Below are positions 1-15,889 of a stretch of DNA of 53,191 bases, in pieces (position 1 is the first letter of the stretch; each line of letters starts with the position of its first letter). A program made the position numbers and the translations under genes. The notes under the pieces are model-generated. The model did no database searches and was not told the origin of the DNA. It saw nothing but the letters and a program-made list of their open reading frames with translations. Origin of the DNA: Eledone cirrhosa (lineage: Eukaryota); the NCBI GenBank assembly GCA_964016885.1, contig CAXHJY010001463.1:1-53191 (forward strand). The letters run 5' to 3'.

Positions 1-350
1 CAAAGGTTGTAACAGTTACGAATTTACACAGGTTATATCTTAAATGTCTCCAGTTGCCATTCAATGTTACCTGGGCAGAAACTTCTCCTAACTGACCGAT
101 CGAATATTATAAAACATACACACACACACGCACGCACGCACGTGTGTGTGTGATCGTGATCCGAAAATCCTAACAAATATTGAAATGCATATACGCCCCC
201 ACACACACTCATAAATATTTATATATATATATATATACTATATATATATCTATATACAAGGAGGTAGTACAGTATAATCGAAGCTCTGGTTGCGGGCAAG
301 CTAACGAATACTGTCGGGAAGTGAAGCCAAAAGCACTCAATAAGGAATTT

Positions 351-354
<4 letters not shown>

Positions 355-394
<40 letters not shown>

Positions 395-1135
395 TGTATA
401 TATATGTATGTGTATGTGTGTGTGTGTGGAGGGTATATGTGTGTGTGTGTGTGTGTGTATATATATACATATACTATACATATATATACGTATGCATATA
501 GACATATATATATATATTATATACATATACACATATATATACACATATACATATACACATATATATATATATATACATATACACATATATATATATATAT
601 ATATACCATATACATATATATATATACATATACATATACATATATACATATACATATATATACACATACATATATATATATATACACATATATATATATA
701 TATACACATATATATATATATATACACATATATATATATACATATACATATATATATACATATACATATACATATATATATATATACACATACATATATA
801 TATATATACACATACATATATATATATATACACATATATACATATATACATATACACATATATACATATATATATACATATACATATACACATATATATA
901 TACATATACATATACACATATATATATACATATACATATACATATATATACATATACACATATATATATATACATATACATATACACATATATATATACA
1001 TATACACATATATATATACATATACACATATATATATACATATACACATATATATATACATATACACATATATATATACATATACACATATATATATACA
1101 TATACATATACACATATATATACATATACACATAT
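355..1135. repeat. Compound (TA)n/(TACA)n/(TG)n microsatellite
   Basis: Directly visible low-complexity array. Confidence 0.95.
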
Positions 1136-1740
1136 GGTGGCTGCAACTCGTTTTTCGAGTACGGCCACTACTTTATATCCATGTAGGAGAACCCCTACCG
1201 ATGCGCTGAACGAATGTGACTTTTTAGTCCAGCCAGCGACTTGAAAACTCTGGTACAAAGACTACACTTGTGACCATTATTGACACATAGGTGCAGGGCC
1301 CATGGTACCATGTGATGACAAGTGCAGAGAGATCTCCAGATATAAAGCAATGCCTGTGCTGTGAAGCTTTTATAGTGAGCAAAGGCACTGCACAAAGCCA
1401 GTCCCACTCTCTTAACCAAGATGATATTTACCAAAAGAAGAACAAGTCAACATCATTGGATACCATCAGGGTTGCAGGTGTTATATCAGAGTTTCCTTCT
1501 CCTAGAATTCTGCCTTGACAAAGGCTAAGGGGTCATCTCTCCGGTGATTTTGGATGGCTATTGAGTCTTAAGAGCTCCCTTGCCCTTTGACAGGTTTTGT
1601 TTTTAGTCCTGCAGGATGTCCAAAGTCACCCTCCTCACCAAGAAACCTTGGTAGGGTTGCCAGTTTAGTCGCCAACGACCCGAACCATGAGACAGGTTGT
1701 ATGGGATACATGTTACCAGTAGCACCAACTGGTGACCTGA
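1136..1740 (-). mobile_element. Non-autonomous RTE-derived retroelement (~605 bp), apparently full-length copy
   Basis: Homologous to 48456-49002, 23318-23588 and, more distantly, 47848-48385. The minus strand has an RTE 5'UTR-like motif (ctaggagaaggaaactctga), encodes [25 protein letters not shown] (like the C-terminal C2H2 finger of RTE/BovB ORFs) and ends gcagccacc followed by microsatellite. Confidence 0.75.
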
Positions 1741-2041
1741 CATATACACATATATATATATACATAATACACATATATATATACATATTCATATACACAT
1801 ATATAAATACATATACACATATATATTTATACATATACACATATATATATATACATATACACATATATATATATACATATACACATATATATATATACAT
1901 ATACACATATATATATATACATATACACATATATATATATACATATACACATATATATATATACATATACACATATATATACATATACACATATATATAT
2001 ACATATACACATATACATATACATATACATATACACATATA

Positions 2042-2077
<36 letters not shown>

Positions 2078-2118
2078 CATATATATAATATATACATATA
2101 CATATTTATATACATATT

Positions 2119-2172
<54 letters not shown>

Positions 2173-2221
2173 CATATTTATATACATATTTATATATACA
2201 TATATATAGATATACATATTT

Positions 2222-2255
<34 letters not shown>

Positions 2256-2856
2256 ATACATATTTATATATACATATACATATTCATATATATATACATA
2301 TTTATATATACATATACATATTCATATATACATACATATTTATATATACATATACATATTCATATATACATACATATTTATATATACATATACATATTCA
2401 TATATACATACATATTTATATATACATATACATATTCATATATACATACATATTTATATATACATATACATATTCATATATACATACATATTTATATATA
2501 CATATACATATTTATATATATATACATATTTATATATATATACATATTTATATATATATACATATTTATATATATATATATTTATATATACATATACACA
2601 TATACATATTTATATACATATACATATATACATATATACATATATATATACATATTTATATATATATATTTATATATACATATATACATATATATATACA
2701 TATTTATATATATATAATTTATATATATACATATTTATACATATATACATATATATATACATATATATATACATATATATATACATATATATATAATATA
2801 TATATACATATATATATACAATATATATACATATATACATATACATATATATATAT

Positions 2857-2887
<31 letters not shown>

Positions 2888-3290
2888 TACATATATATAT
2901 ACATAATATATATACATATATATATATACATATATACATATATATATATACATATACATATATATATATACATATACATATATATATATACATATATATA
3001 TACACATATATATATACACATATATATATACACATATATATATACACATATATATATATACACATATATATATATACACATATATATATATACACATATA
3101 TATATATACACATATATATATATACACATATATATATACACATATATATATATACACATATATATATACACATATATATATACACATATATATATATACA
3201 CATATATATATATACACATATATACATATATACACATATATACATATATACACATATATACATATACATATATATATATATATATATATA
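1741..3290. repeat. Compound (TA)n/(TACA)n microsatellite
   Basis: Directly visible. Confidence 0.95.
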
Positions 3291-3492
3291 TTAGAAAGTG
3301 AGGGTTTTTTACAAAATGAAAAATAACCGGTGTCCTACACGAGTGGAAGTATAAAGAAAAAGGGATGAAATCGAAAATGCAACTGAAGTCTTATTTTTTT
3401 TAAATATATATATTTAGATATATATTTAGATATATATTTTTTTAAAAAATAAGACTTCAGTTGCATTTTCGATTTCATCCTTTTTCTTTATA
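3291..3492. mobile_element. Fold-back (inverted) copy of a Penelope-like terminal sequence
   Basis: 3350-3400 is the near-perfect reverse complement of 3443-3492. The same arm occurs at 18619-18670, downstream of a hammerhead motif. Confidence 0.6.
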
Positions 3493-5796
<2,304 letters not shown>

Positions 5797-6599
5797 TGTA
5801 TTTAAAAATATAATATAAAATTAAAATATTACAGATAGTATAATTTTAAATGATATAAATATTTTCTTATCACAATAAGTTGATGTTTAAGGAGATATTA
5901 AAATTTCCGACGCCAATATCGATAAATTCTAAAATTTTCCTGGGGCAAATAATATCACGTACCTTTCCACGAGTTTGACATATAACCAATAAATTCCTAA
6001 TAATGTAAGCATTTTCGTTAGAATGGAATGACTAGAATTTATCAGCCAATTCCAGAACCATTAAGCAAAATCTCAGATCGACTTGTGATTTTAATAACCA
6101 CATTTGTCAATAAACTGATTACTCAAATTCATAAGGGATTTTCTTTTTAGAATATTTGCACGTTTAACACACAGTGTTTTCCCTGTTGTATCTCTTATAT
6201 ATTATTGTTAAATTATATATTTTATATATACCTGGATCTTAATGGCTATTTTTACTCCCGTTTTATTTAGCTTTTTTGGATGGTATTTGATATTTACGAG
6301 AATTTATAATACATCTGATGGCGATTATGACCCATGAAATAAAGTAATAAATTTACATTCGTTATTTACAAACCTGAATGCAGCGTTTTAAAATTAATGC
6401 TTTTTTCTGATCCCTTGAAACCTTTTGTTTTCTATGTATGCGTACTGGCGCGCGTGTGTGTACGTGTGTTTGTGTGTGTGTATGGGGGGGGGGGGATAAT
6501 AATAACGCAAATTTATACAAAAACAAAGGACATTAACAAATTAATATACCCTATTTCAATACAACAGAAATAAATAGTCTTCTTTTTCATTATTATTAC

Positions 6600-6772
6600 T
6601 CGGTAGAGGGTCGGACGCCATGCTTTGACGCATAGAGTTACGGCCCTTGCCATTCTGAGTTCAAATCCCGCCGAGGTTAACTTTGCCTTTCATCCTTACG
6701 GGGTCGATAAAATAAAGTACCAGTAATGTACTAGGATAATTGCTGGCCTTGTGCCAAAAGTAGAAACAATTA
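6600..6772 (+). mobile_element. tRNA-derived SINE (family S1), slightly 5'-truncated
   Basis: B-box GAGTTCAAATCC, core TTGCCTTTCATCCTTACGGGGTCGATAAAATAAAGTACCAGT, tail ggccttgtgccaaaagtagaaaca followed by (ATT)n. Confidence 0.9.
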
Positions 6773-7106
6773 TTATTACTATTATTGTTATTATTGTTGT
6801 TGTTATTGTTATTGTTGTCGTTGTCTTTACACTCACTTATTTCTCGTAGGGACATGAGGGCAGAGTCCCCCGAGTATTTATTTCAGTAGTTCTTATCCAA
6901 TAGATCCAACAATATATCCAACTGAATCCCCAAACGACACCAACCGAGATATTTGATGTTATCCAGCCTTCTTGCTCAGGGTTTAACCCCTGGGTACCCG
7001 GCTAGTTGGTTATGCCCGTAAAGTCTGTCCAGCGATTCTTTCCTTAGACATTCTCAACTGCTTATCGCATCAGAGATGTAAACTCTCATTTTGGAAAAAG
7101 TAGTGG

Positions 7107-7375
7107 ATCTACTTGAAGCGAATCTCTGATCTCCGCGCTATGCTCTCTATCGAATAACGTTAGTCAAGAGATCATTCGGAGGAAGCCCATTCTAAGCTCA
7201 TGTACTTAGTACCGGAACTGTGTACTCTTAATTCAGAAAGGTAGCCGGTCTACCTGGAGCGATTCTCCAAGCTACGTAGTCTATCTAGTAACGTTACTTC
7301 AGAGACCCTTCGGCGGAACATCATTCTAGTCCCATGTCCTTATATCGAAGCTGGGAATTTATAATTCGGGGAAGA
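7107..7375. repeat. Diverged tandem duplication, ~140 bp unit
   Basis: 7107-7240 and 7249-7375 share collinear blocks tctac..gcga.tctc, taacgtta, agaga...ttcgg.ggaa, cattcta, catgt.ctta, taattc. Confidence 0.6.
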
Positions 7376-7937
7376 AGGGTCTCTGCCATACAAATATTTT
7401 GGTTTCGGTTTGAATATTGGTTTATCTATGTAACGTTATAACATTTATACACATGGCTTCCAACTTCTTGCCATTGTTCATGTTTCTCTTATAGTGTTAT
7501 CACTGTTGTTGCTGCTATGTTTATGTGATTATTGATTATCTGGCATATATTAATTGGACACACGTTGTTAAACCAGTTTAGTATTGCCGTATAAATTTCA
7601 ATTCACAATTTTCCTAAGCACGCGAGAATGTGTAAACACTCATTATAGATGTATACGATCACTCTGATATCTGTAGCAATTACTAAACCACATTAAAATA
7701 GAAAGCCAACTTTTATTTACTGAGAGTTGATTATTTATCGGTTTGTATCCATCAGTAAATGGTTAATGCTTACAATAATATGTTGAGCATCCAGAATATG
7801 ATGCATTTTGAAAAGCATGTGCACCTATGGAAAATTGATCTAATACTGTTTAATATTCATGTTCGTCAACCCCAAAATGTTGAAAGGCAAAAATCAAAGA
7901 CGATACCAATAATTCTATTCAACACACTAATATAAAT

Positions 7938-8109
7938 AATTGTTTCTATTAGGTCAGCAATTACCCCAGTACATTACTGGTACTTTATTTTATCGACTCC
8001 GTAAGGGTGAAAGGCAGTGTCAACCTCTGCGGTATTTGAACTCAAACCGTAAAGAGCCTTACATCTGTGCTGAAAGCAAGGCGTCAGACTCTCTACCGAC
8101 ACTGCCAAT
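7938..8109 (-). mobile_element. SINE S1, diverged copy
   Basis: Reverse complement of the core (ctggtactttattttatcgac...gaaaggca) and head (tttgaactc...ctgccaat). Confidence 0.8.
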
Positions 8110-8179
8110 AGATAATGGTATCTTATTTAGGCACAAGGTAAGAATTTTGTCGGAGGAGAAATTCGGAAGGCATTTAAGT

Positions 8180-9133
8180 TACCAATTACCCATATACATA
8201 TATTTTAAAGCTACCAATTACCCATATACATATATTTTAAAGCTACCAATTACCCGTATACATATATTTTAAAGCTACCAATTACCCATATACATATATT
8301 TTAAAGCTACCAATTACCCATATACATATATTTTAAAGCTACCAATTACCCATATACATATATTTTAAAGCTATCAATTACCCGTATACATATATTTTAA
8401 AGCTACCAATTACCCATATACATATATTTTAAAGCTACCAATTACCCATATACATATATTTTAAAGCTACCAATTACCCATATACATATATTTTAAAGCT
8501 ACCAATTACCCATATACATATATTTTAAAGCTACCAATTACCCATATACATATATTTTAAAGCTATCAATTACCCATATACATATATTTTAAAGCTACCA
8601 ATTACCCATATACATATATTTTAAAGCTACCAATTACCCATATACATATATTTTAAAGCTACCAATTACCCATATACATATATTTTAAAGCTACCAATTA
8701 CCCATATACATATATTTTAAAGCTATCAATTACCCATATACATATATTTTAAAGCTACCAATTACCCATATACATATATTTTAAAGCTATCAATTACCCG
8801 TATACATATATTTTAAAGCTATCAATTACCCGTATACATATATTTTAAAGCTATCAATTACCCGTATACATATATTTTAAAGCTATCAATTACCCGTATA
8901 CATATATTTTAAAGCTATCAATTACCCGTATACATATATTTTAAAGCTATCAATTACCCGTATACATATATTTTAAAGCTATCAATTACCCGTATACATA
9001 TATTTTAAAGCTATCAATTACCCGTATACATATATTTTAAAGCTATCAATTACCCGTATACATATATTTTAAAGCTATCAATTACCCGTATACATATATT
9101 TTAAAGCTATCAATTACCCGTATACATATATTT
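8180..9133. repeat. Minisatellite, 32 bp unit, ~30 copies
   Basis: Unit taYcaattacccRtatacatatattttaaagc, period 32, no spacers. Confidence 0.97.
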
Positions 9134-11419
9134 TTTTAAAAGAGGCACACGAAATCATATTCCAAATTCTAAACAGTGTTTGTCTGGTATTTTATTTATT
9201 GATTCTAGAAGAATGAACTGTGAAATTGAACTAGATTAGAAATGAACTTAGAATGTTCAATTTAAATACCACAAAGGAAGTCATGTGCTCTCCGAATCCA
9301 TATTAATTTAAATGATGGTGATTTTGATGTAGGCGCAATATCATATGTCTGCTGGGCGTTGAACGTTGATTAAATTGGCTGTTGTACAAGACAAATGCTT
9401 CATTTTATTACCCCCCCCCCCCCCCGGAAGGACAAAACGCAATATAGACAACGGTGTGATTTTAACACAAGCCTTTAGGATCCACATAAATAAGACAAGT
9501 AAGGTAGTCTAGTCGTTCCATATATAAATATAATATATTTATAACATTATAAATATGCGTTTCTTATTTTCAATGACACATGACATATTTACATTCGGTT
9601 TAATAATATGAATTCGTTTTGGAAATGCTCCATATCCCTAATATTTGTATTTCGTTTTTGCAGATGCTATTTGTCTAAGAGAAATATATTCAATATTGTG
9701 CTATTATTTACATTAGCGAAACCTAAATTATATTTCTTCTTCAAATTCTTTCTGATATTTCATGGCGCCATTTTAATGTGGAAATTCATCTCCGAAATAG
9801 GCAACTTAAACTTTGAATATTAGAGTGTCAATAAATTCAGTCAGATCATTTACTTTGGTCAACTATTTACACAAAACATTCATTTTCTTATTATCCAATA
9901 GATATACTAGATTTAGGGGGGTTTTCGATAAGACAGCACAGAATTAGTCGCGACATTACAAATAGTTTCGAGTTTCAATAGGAAAGAAGTAAAATCCATA
10001 TCAGGTAAATTTAAGTTCGTATTTCCGAGGCTCTTAACGATATATGCCAATGCATTTGATCCAGCCGTTCAGCATTCATACTACAGAACTTCTCTCCTGG
10101 CCAACTTAAATATGAAAAACTCTCTTTTCAAAAGATACATATCAATATCTTCATGAACCTTATACAGCTGTTGTATATCATTATTTATGTAACTTAATTC
10201 GGTTCAGTAAACAATATGTCACTTATGAGAAGCCATCCCGGTGTTGGAAGTAATGTTCTCTTGGGTCGAATTAAATTCAACGGTTGTGGTTAAGCAGCAA
10301 TAATTGAATTCAAGTTCTATCAAGTGTGAATGTTTCATTCCTTTAGTAAATTAAACCAAATCACAATATTTCTTAGCCCTAAGGTGATTCAACTATGAAT
10401 TCGTTACGTTCCATTCCACCATAACTAACAAATTAGTAAAAATAACGTTTCACATAAAAGCATTCTCCCTTGATCCAATATATTTAGAAAGCTTCCGTTT
10501 CTGAACAGATAATATTCTTCCTTGACGATATCAAAATGTGTGACATTTTATAGTAAGCTATCATGGTTTCTGATTTAGGCACAAATCCAACAATATGGAA
10601 AGGAATGGGAACGTATTTGCGTCTTTAATGTGGAACCTTTTTGCTCCTATTCTCTAAAATCTGAATTTATAACATTGGATCTACGTTGTGGAATCGATCC
10701 CCAAATCATTTAACTGAGAAACACATAGGTTTTTTTTTATCCTCGCAGTCACGTCTTTTACCAATTCTTGTTGTCGTTGTTGCCGTTCTTCTTCTTCATC
10801 ATCATCATCATTTTCTTCTTCATTTGGTTTTCAGTTGTTGTGATTACTATTATCTTTATAACCATCATCACCAGTAGCAATATTACGAATGATTGAAATT
10901 GTTATTTCCACTGTGGTCGTTTATTTCCACCATAGTCGTTTATTGAAATGGGTTGTGAAATATATAGTTTTAGAAATATCTTCCGTTTTACACGCATTGC
11001 TGAAGAATTGTATTGGTTTTTTCTTCCATTTTGTATTTGATTAACTAAATAAAGGCTTTCAAATATAGAAAATATTGCAGCATAAAAAAACAGAAATGCC
11101 TGGGTCCATAACATTAAAAACAACACAAATTAAAAACAAAATAAATATCAGAACGCGAAAAACGATTCAAAAATGATTCATGTTTTGTAAAAATGATTGT
11201 ATTTTTTATATATATATTTATTGTTTTACTCTCTTCTGCGTAAAAGTCAATTTGGTAATTCTCCCCATTTGTCATAGTAAAAAGCATTACTCATCGGTGA
11301 CATGCAATACTATAATGCGGGTCGTAAAAATGTCCAAATTCCCTATTATATACGTATAAGATGCACAATCAAACAAACAATAAAACAATACATATATATA
11401 CATACACATGCACACAGAA

Positions 11420-11879
<460 letters not shown>

Positions 11880-14477
11880 TTAGTATTATTTAAGGCATTC
11901 ACGTATATGTAATAGCTTTAAAAATATGACTGCTTATTATAAATCTTTGGCTTCATCGGTGTGCACTAAATCGACATTATTCCATCAGATTTAAACATAA
12001 AATATGGTTATTTGGAAATCGGGGATTCTACTATCGTAAAGTTGATCTTGGAACAATGCCCGTTTTCTAAACCATCTCTAAGGATTTTATACGCAGAGAA
12101 ATACATAACTTGTGAACCGAAGCATTTATTCACCCGAAGACAGCGGAAACCAATGCGTCCATAACACAAAGTTATTTAACCGAAAGAGAAACAACAACCT
12201 ATACAAGCAACATATAGATACTTAATGCAATAAAACTATAGAATGGTCTCTTATCATGTGTTACAGACTAAGTTTACAAGGAGGTTTATAAGAATGATTA
12301 CGAAATACTGAATACCAGTTGCATAGAAACCTGTAATAATGATTTCTTTATTTAGAAACCCGTAATAATGCGATATGTTTGAGTCTAAGAATGGGTACAA
12401 TATGCTACTTTTCAAAGGTCTAGAAATTGTAGCTAAATTCCCTTCACATACTTTCTCTATATCCTTAATATAAGAAGCATTAAGTTTAAGAAAACAAAAA
12501 TATAACAACAGAATCGTTATATCTGATCAAATTTCCCCGAAGTCATAATTATATGAGATCTATTTCATTTACGTTCAAAACACTGCTCTTTCTGGCCAGG
12601 ATTCTGTACACATTTAAACTTAAAAACATTTATTTTAGCCTTCATCCAAAGGTAGTTTCCTGCGATTCAAATACGATAGTGTGGACTAAAAATTTAGTCC
12701 ACATTGTCGTGCTTATTTTATGCTCCGTGTATGGGATGTGTATCAACATTCTGAAGCACTTTAGTGACATCAAATTAAGGGTTTCGTCCGAATTCTATTT
12801 GGTTATAGCAATAGGCAGAGCGGAGTGCAATAGAAAGTAGTTTACATTTAATTCTCTTATTTATAAGACAGCTTTACTACGATTCTATATAAGATAGCTT
12901 TACTACGATTACTACATTGCTAAAAGCCGTTTAAATAAACCTAAAGGCATATCTTATTTTGATGCTAGTGTATGTCATCGAATATTACTAAACAGTGTCT
13001 ACAGAAATGAGTTATAGGATTTAAACATTGAATTACAGGAGAATTCCAAAGTTATGATAAATCTACTGCTACGCATATGAAATGGAAAAGATTAAACTGG
13101 TAGTCTAATATCTTTTCGTGATTATGGTAATTTTCCTCTTCTTTGAGTTATAAACCAAAACCAAATTCTATTTAATGTTATCATATTGAATTTAACAGAC
13201 ATCGTATATAATATTTTGGATTGATATATACAGTATACTACTATTACACATTCTACACTGGAAAAGCAAATGCAATCTATGATAAAGTCTATAAAATCGA
13301 CTTCGAATTTTATATAACTCTGGAATTTGTTGAAGTATGTTTCTTTATTATAGTTTGCAATGCTCGAATTCCTTTCCCCCATGAATCTACAGCTCATAAA
13401 CAAGGGACTGTGCTACTATGCATATACATTACTGATTATCCAGAGATGCACATTTAAACCTTCCTTTATTGTGCGTTCTCCGTGGATAATTTGTTATGAT
13501 ATCAAATCTGAAGGTATATATATATATATCTCTGACAAACTAAATTTGTTCAGAAAGGTGGCAAATAGGCAGAGCTTTTAAGACTACTAATGCAAAACGG
13601 TAGACGTTAATACTGCGTAGAAATCTGAATGATTTTAACGGACACCACTGTAAATTATTGAATGGACCATTTAATTCTAGCTAATTCGATTGAAGTCAAA
13701 TTGTAAACTTTTTTTTCCGAGGAATCTAGTTAGGAGGAAAATAGGATATACGAACATAAATAAATGAATATATAAAATATAGTGATTTATTCATGAAATT
13801 TCCAAAAGTTATTTAATACACTTATTTGAATTTTAAACTACTTAATTTTGCCTTCTTGCAAATTTCGCCTTTGAAGCTAGGAAATAATCTTTTTTTTGTT
13901 TTGTTTACTCAACAGGTTGATTCCATAGAAATAAATTGTAATGCGCTGAAGTTGGGTATCAAATACATATTCATCACATTACTATTGTGCACACCAGAAG
14001 CGGTTTGGTCAATTACTGTGACTTAATATGTTCTTGACGTATTTGGAACTCGTCAGCTTTGTTGAAATCATTGAAACTTATTTCAATTTGTATTCTTCAG
14101 CATCATAGAAAATTGGACAGTGCTAAGTAACTCTCTTACAAGACACAGTTTTCTGAGAGGTTAAAATGACATGGACCTCTTTAATTATTGATTAATTTGC
14201 ATATTTGAACGATGTATAAATTCTAAATTTAAATAACTGAATGCGCATAATCAAAGATGCATCAAAATCTGAACAGTAAAACGTATCTATAACATAATTT
14301 ATAATCATAACATTTATTTTAACGATACGACAACCTTATGCGTACGCAGATATATCTTCAAGTGCATTGAATGTTATAATTTCCGTTAATCAATAACACG
14401 ACTACTGCGGGGCTAAAGTTAGAATGCGTAAATTCGGAATTAACTAAAACAAATCAAAGTTTGTCACAATGGTATCT

Positions 14478-14647
14478 AATTTAGGCACAAAACCAACCAC
14501 TCATCTGGAGGGGGACGTCGATTCAATCGACCCCAGTGCATTACAGGTACTTTATATAATCAAACCTGCAAGGAGTAAAAGGCACAGATAACCTCGATAT
14601 GAAGCAAAGCATTTTATCCGACGCTCTGCCGATACTGCCAATCCACC
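14478..14647 (-). mobile_element. SINE S1-related diverged copy with internal deletion
   Basis: ttaggcacaa...tcgaccccagtgcattac.ggtacttta...ccgatactgccaatccacc is the reverse complement of the S1 tail, core and head. Confidence 0.7.
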
Positions 14648-15602
14648 AGCCTTAGGTTTGTCATAACAAACGTTAGGCATGTTCATCATAAATAGTGTAA
14701 ATTTAAATGGTTGCCACAGGGTGGACTCAACTATTGGTGCTTCTGTTGGTGGCCTCAACTGTTGGTGCTTCTTGTGATGATGTTTCACACTTGATTGAAA
14801 GCGTTCAATATGTGGCCATTCTGTTAATCCTCATTTCCACATGCAACAGAGAACGAGATCTTACGGACATTATTCACTTGATAGTTGGGAATGTTCCTAA
14901 TTACTTTCTAGGCCGATTATTTAGCATGAGTGCCCACCTTCGCGGAGGAGATTATACTACCAGCTGAACGTAAAACCCTATAGAGGCGTCATTGCTTTTC
15001 TAGTGATGGGAGTAAATATTGACTTGAGAATGAGGAGCAATGGAACAGACTCCGCAGCGGAACTTGCCCAACACATTTGAGTACTATGCCAATCAAACTC
15101 CCCAGGGATTCGACTTTATATATCGACCCCAACAGCATTAAATTGAAATTTGTTTATTGAGCGCATAGGGTTTGAACAAATGTTTTTACAACACTACTAA
15201 TTTGTTCATATCCATATAAGCTTTTTCTCCAGTTTAATACGAAAGGATCTTCATAATTATCCAATGGGTCTTTAGTTTGAATGCATAGTGTATGGTATAA
15301 AGGATCCTAGGCTGTTTCATTGTAGTAGTTACACCTACAAGGTCATTCGTTTTGTGGCATCATTGTAAGAATTTTCTTTCGTGAAATTTCAAATCGTTAA
15401 ACTTGACCTCTCTTGATCTCAATATATTGACACAGAACATATATATTAGTTTGTAAATGGTTATAATTATTATCAAACACACTTGCACACTCAAACAACA
15501 ATCACATGGATGAATGTATGATTATATATATATATATATGTGTGTGTATGTATGTATATATGTGTTTGTGCGTATGAGTTTGTCTGCGTATGTGTATGTA
15601 TG

Positions 15603-15667
<65 letters not shown>

Positions 15668-15705
15668 TAGAGAGATAGAGAGTATAATAATGTAAATGTA
15701 TATAT

Positions 15706-15870
15706 CTCATCATCATTGTTTAACGTCTATTTTCCACATTTGCATCCATTCATTGCATAGATTGTCGGGCTATGAGACTAGTCAGGTCAGGTGATCATGG
15801 CTTGATTATAAGGATGTATTTCCTAGCTTGGGTTATATGGCCGGATGCTCTTCTTAACAACATCCATATT
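15706..15870 (-). mobile_element. Decayed 3' part of an RTE-related SINE or non-autonomous element
   Basis: Minus strand reads gttgttaagaagagcatccggcc, resembling the RTE-derived motif ttggcgttaggaagggcatccagcc, and ends gacgttaaacaatgatgatg. Confidence 0.45.
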
Positions 15871-15889
15871 ATCGTGTGGAATGGAAGCT

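Noticed and set aside
1195-1434. Host C2H2 zinc-finger gene
   Set aside because: A single finger inside a dispersed repeat, with the frame disrupted in other copies; it matches the C-terminal finger of RTE LINEs
6311-6345. Hammerhead-like CTGATGG...GAAAT
   Set aside because: A9 is missing and there is no convincing stem I or stem II
8180-9133. CRISPR array
   Set aside because: Head-to-tail 32 bp units with no unique spacers, no cas genes, eukaryotic context
13199-13513. Candidate exon between an AG acceptor and a GT donor
   Set aside because: Stop codons in all three frames; no recognisable protein
14707-14967. Signal-peptide-like ORF MVATGWTQLLVLLLVAS
   Set aside because: The hydrophobic stretch comes from a short local duplication (ctcaactRttggtgcttct); no other gene evidence
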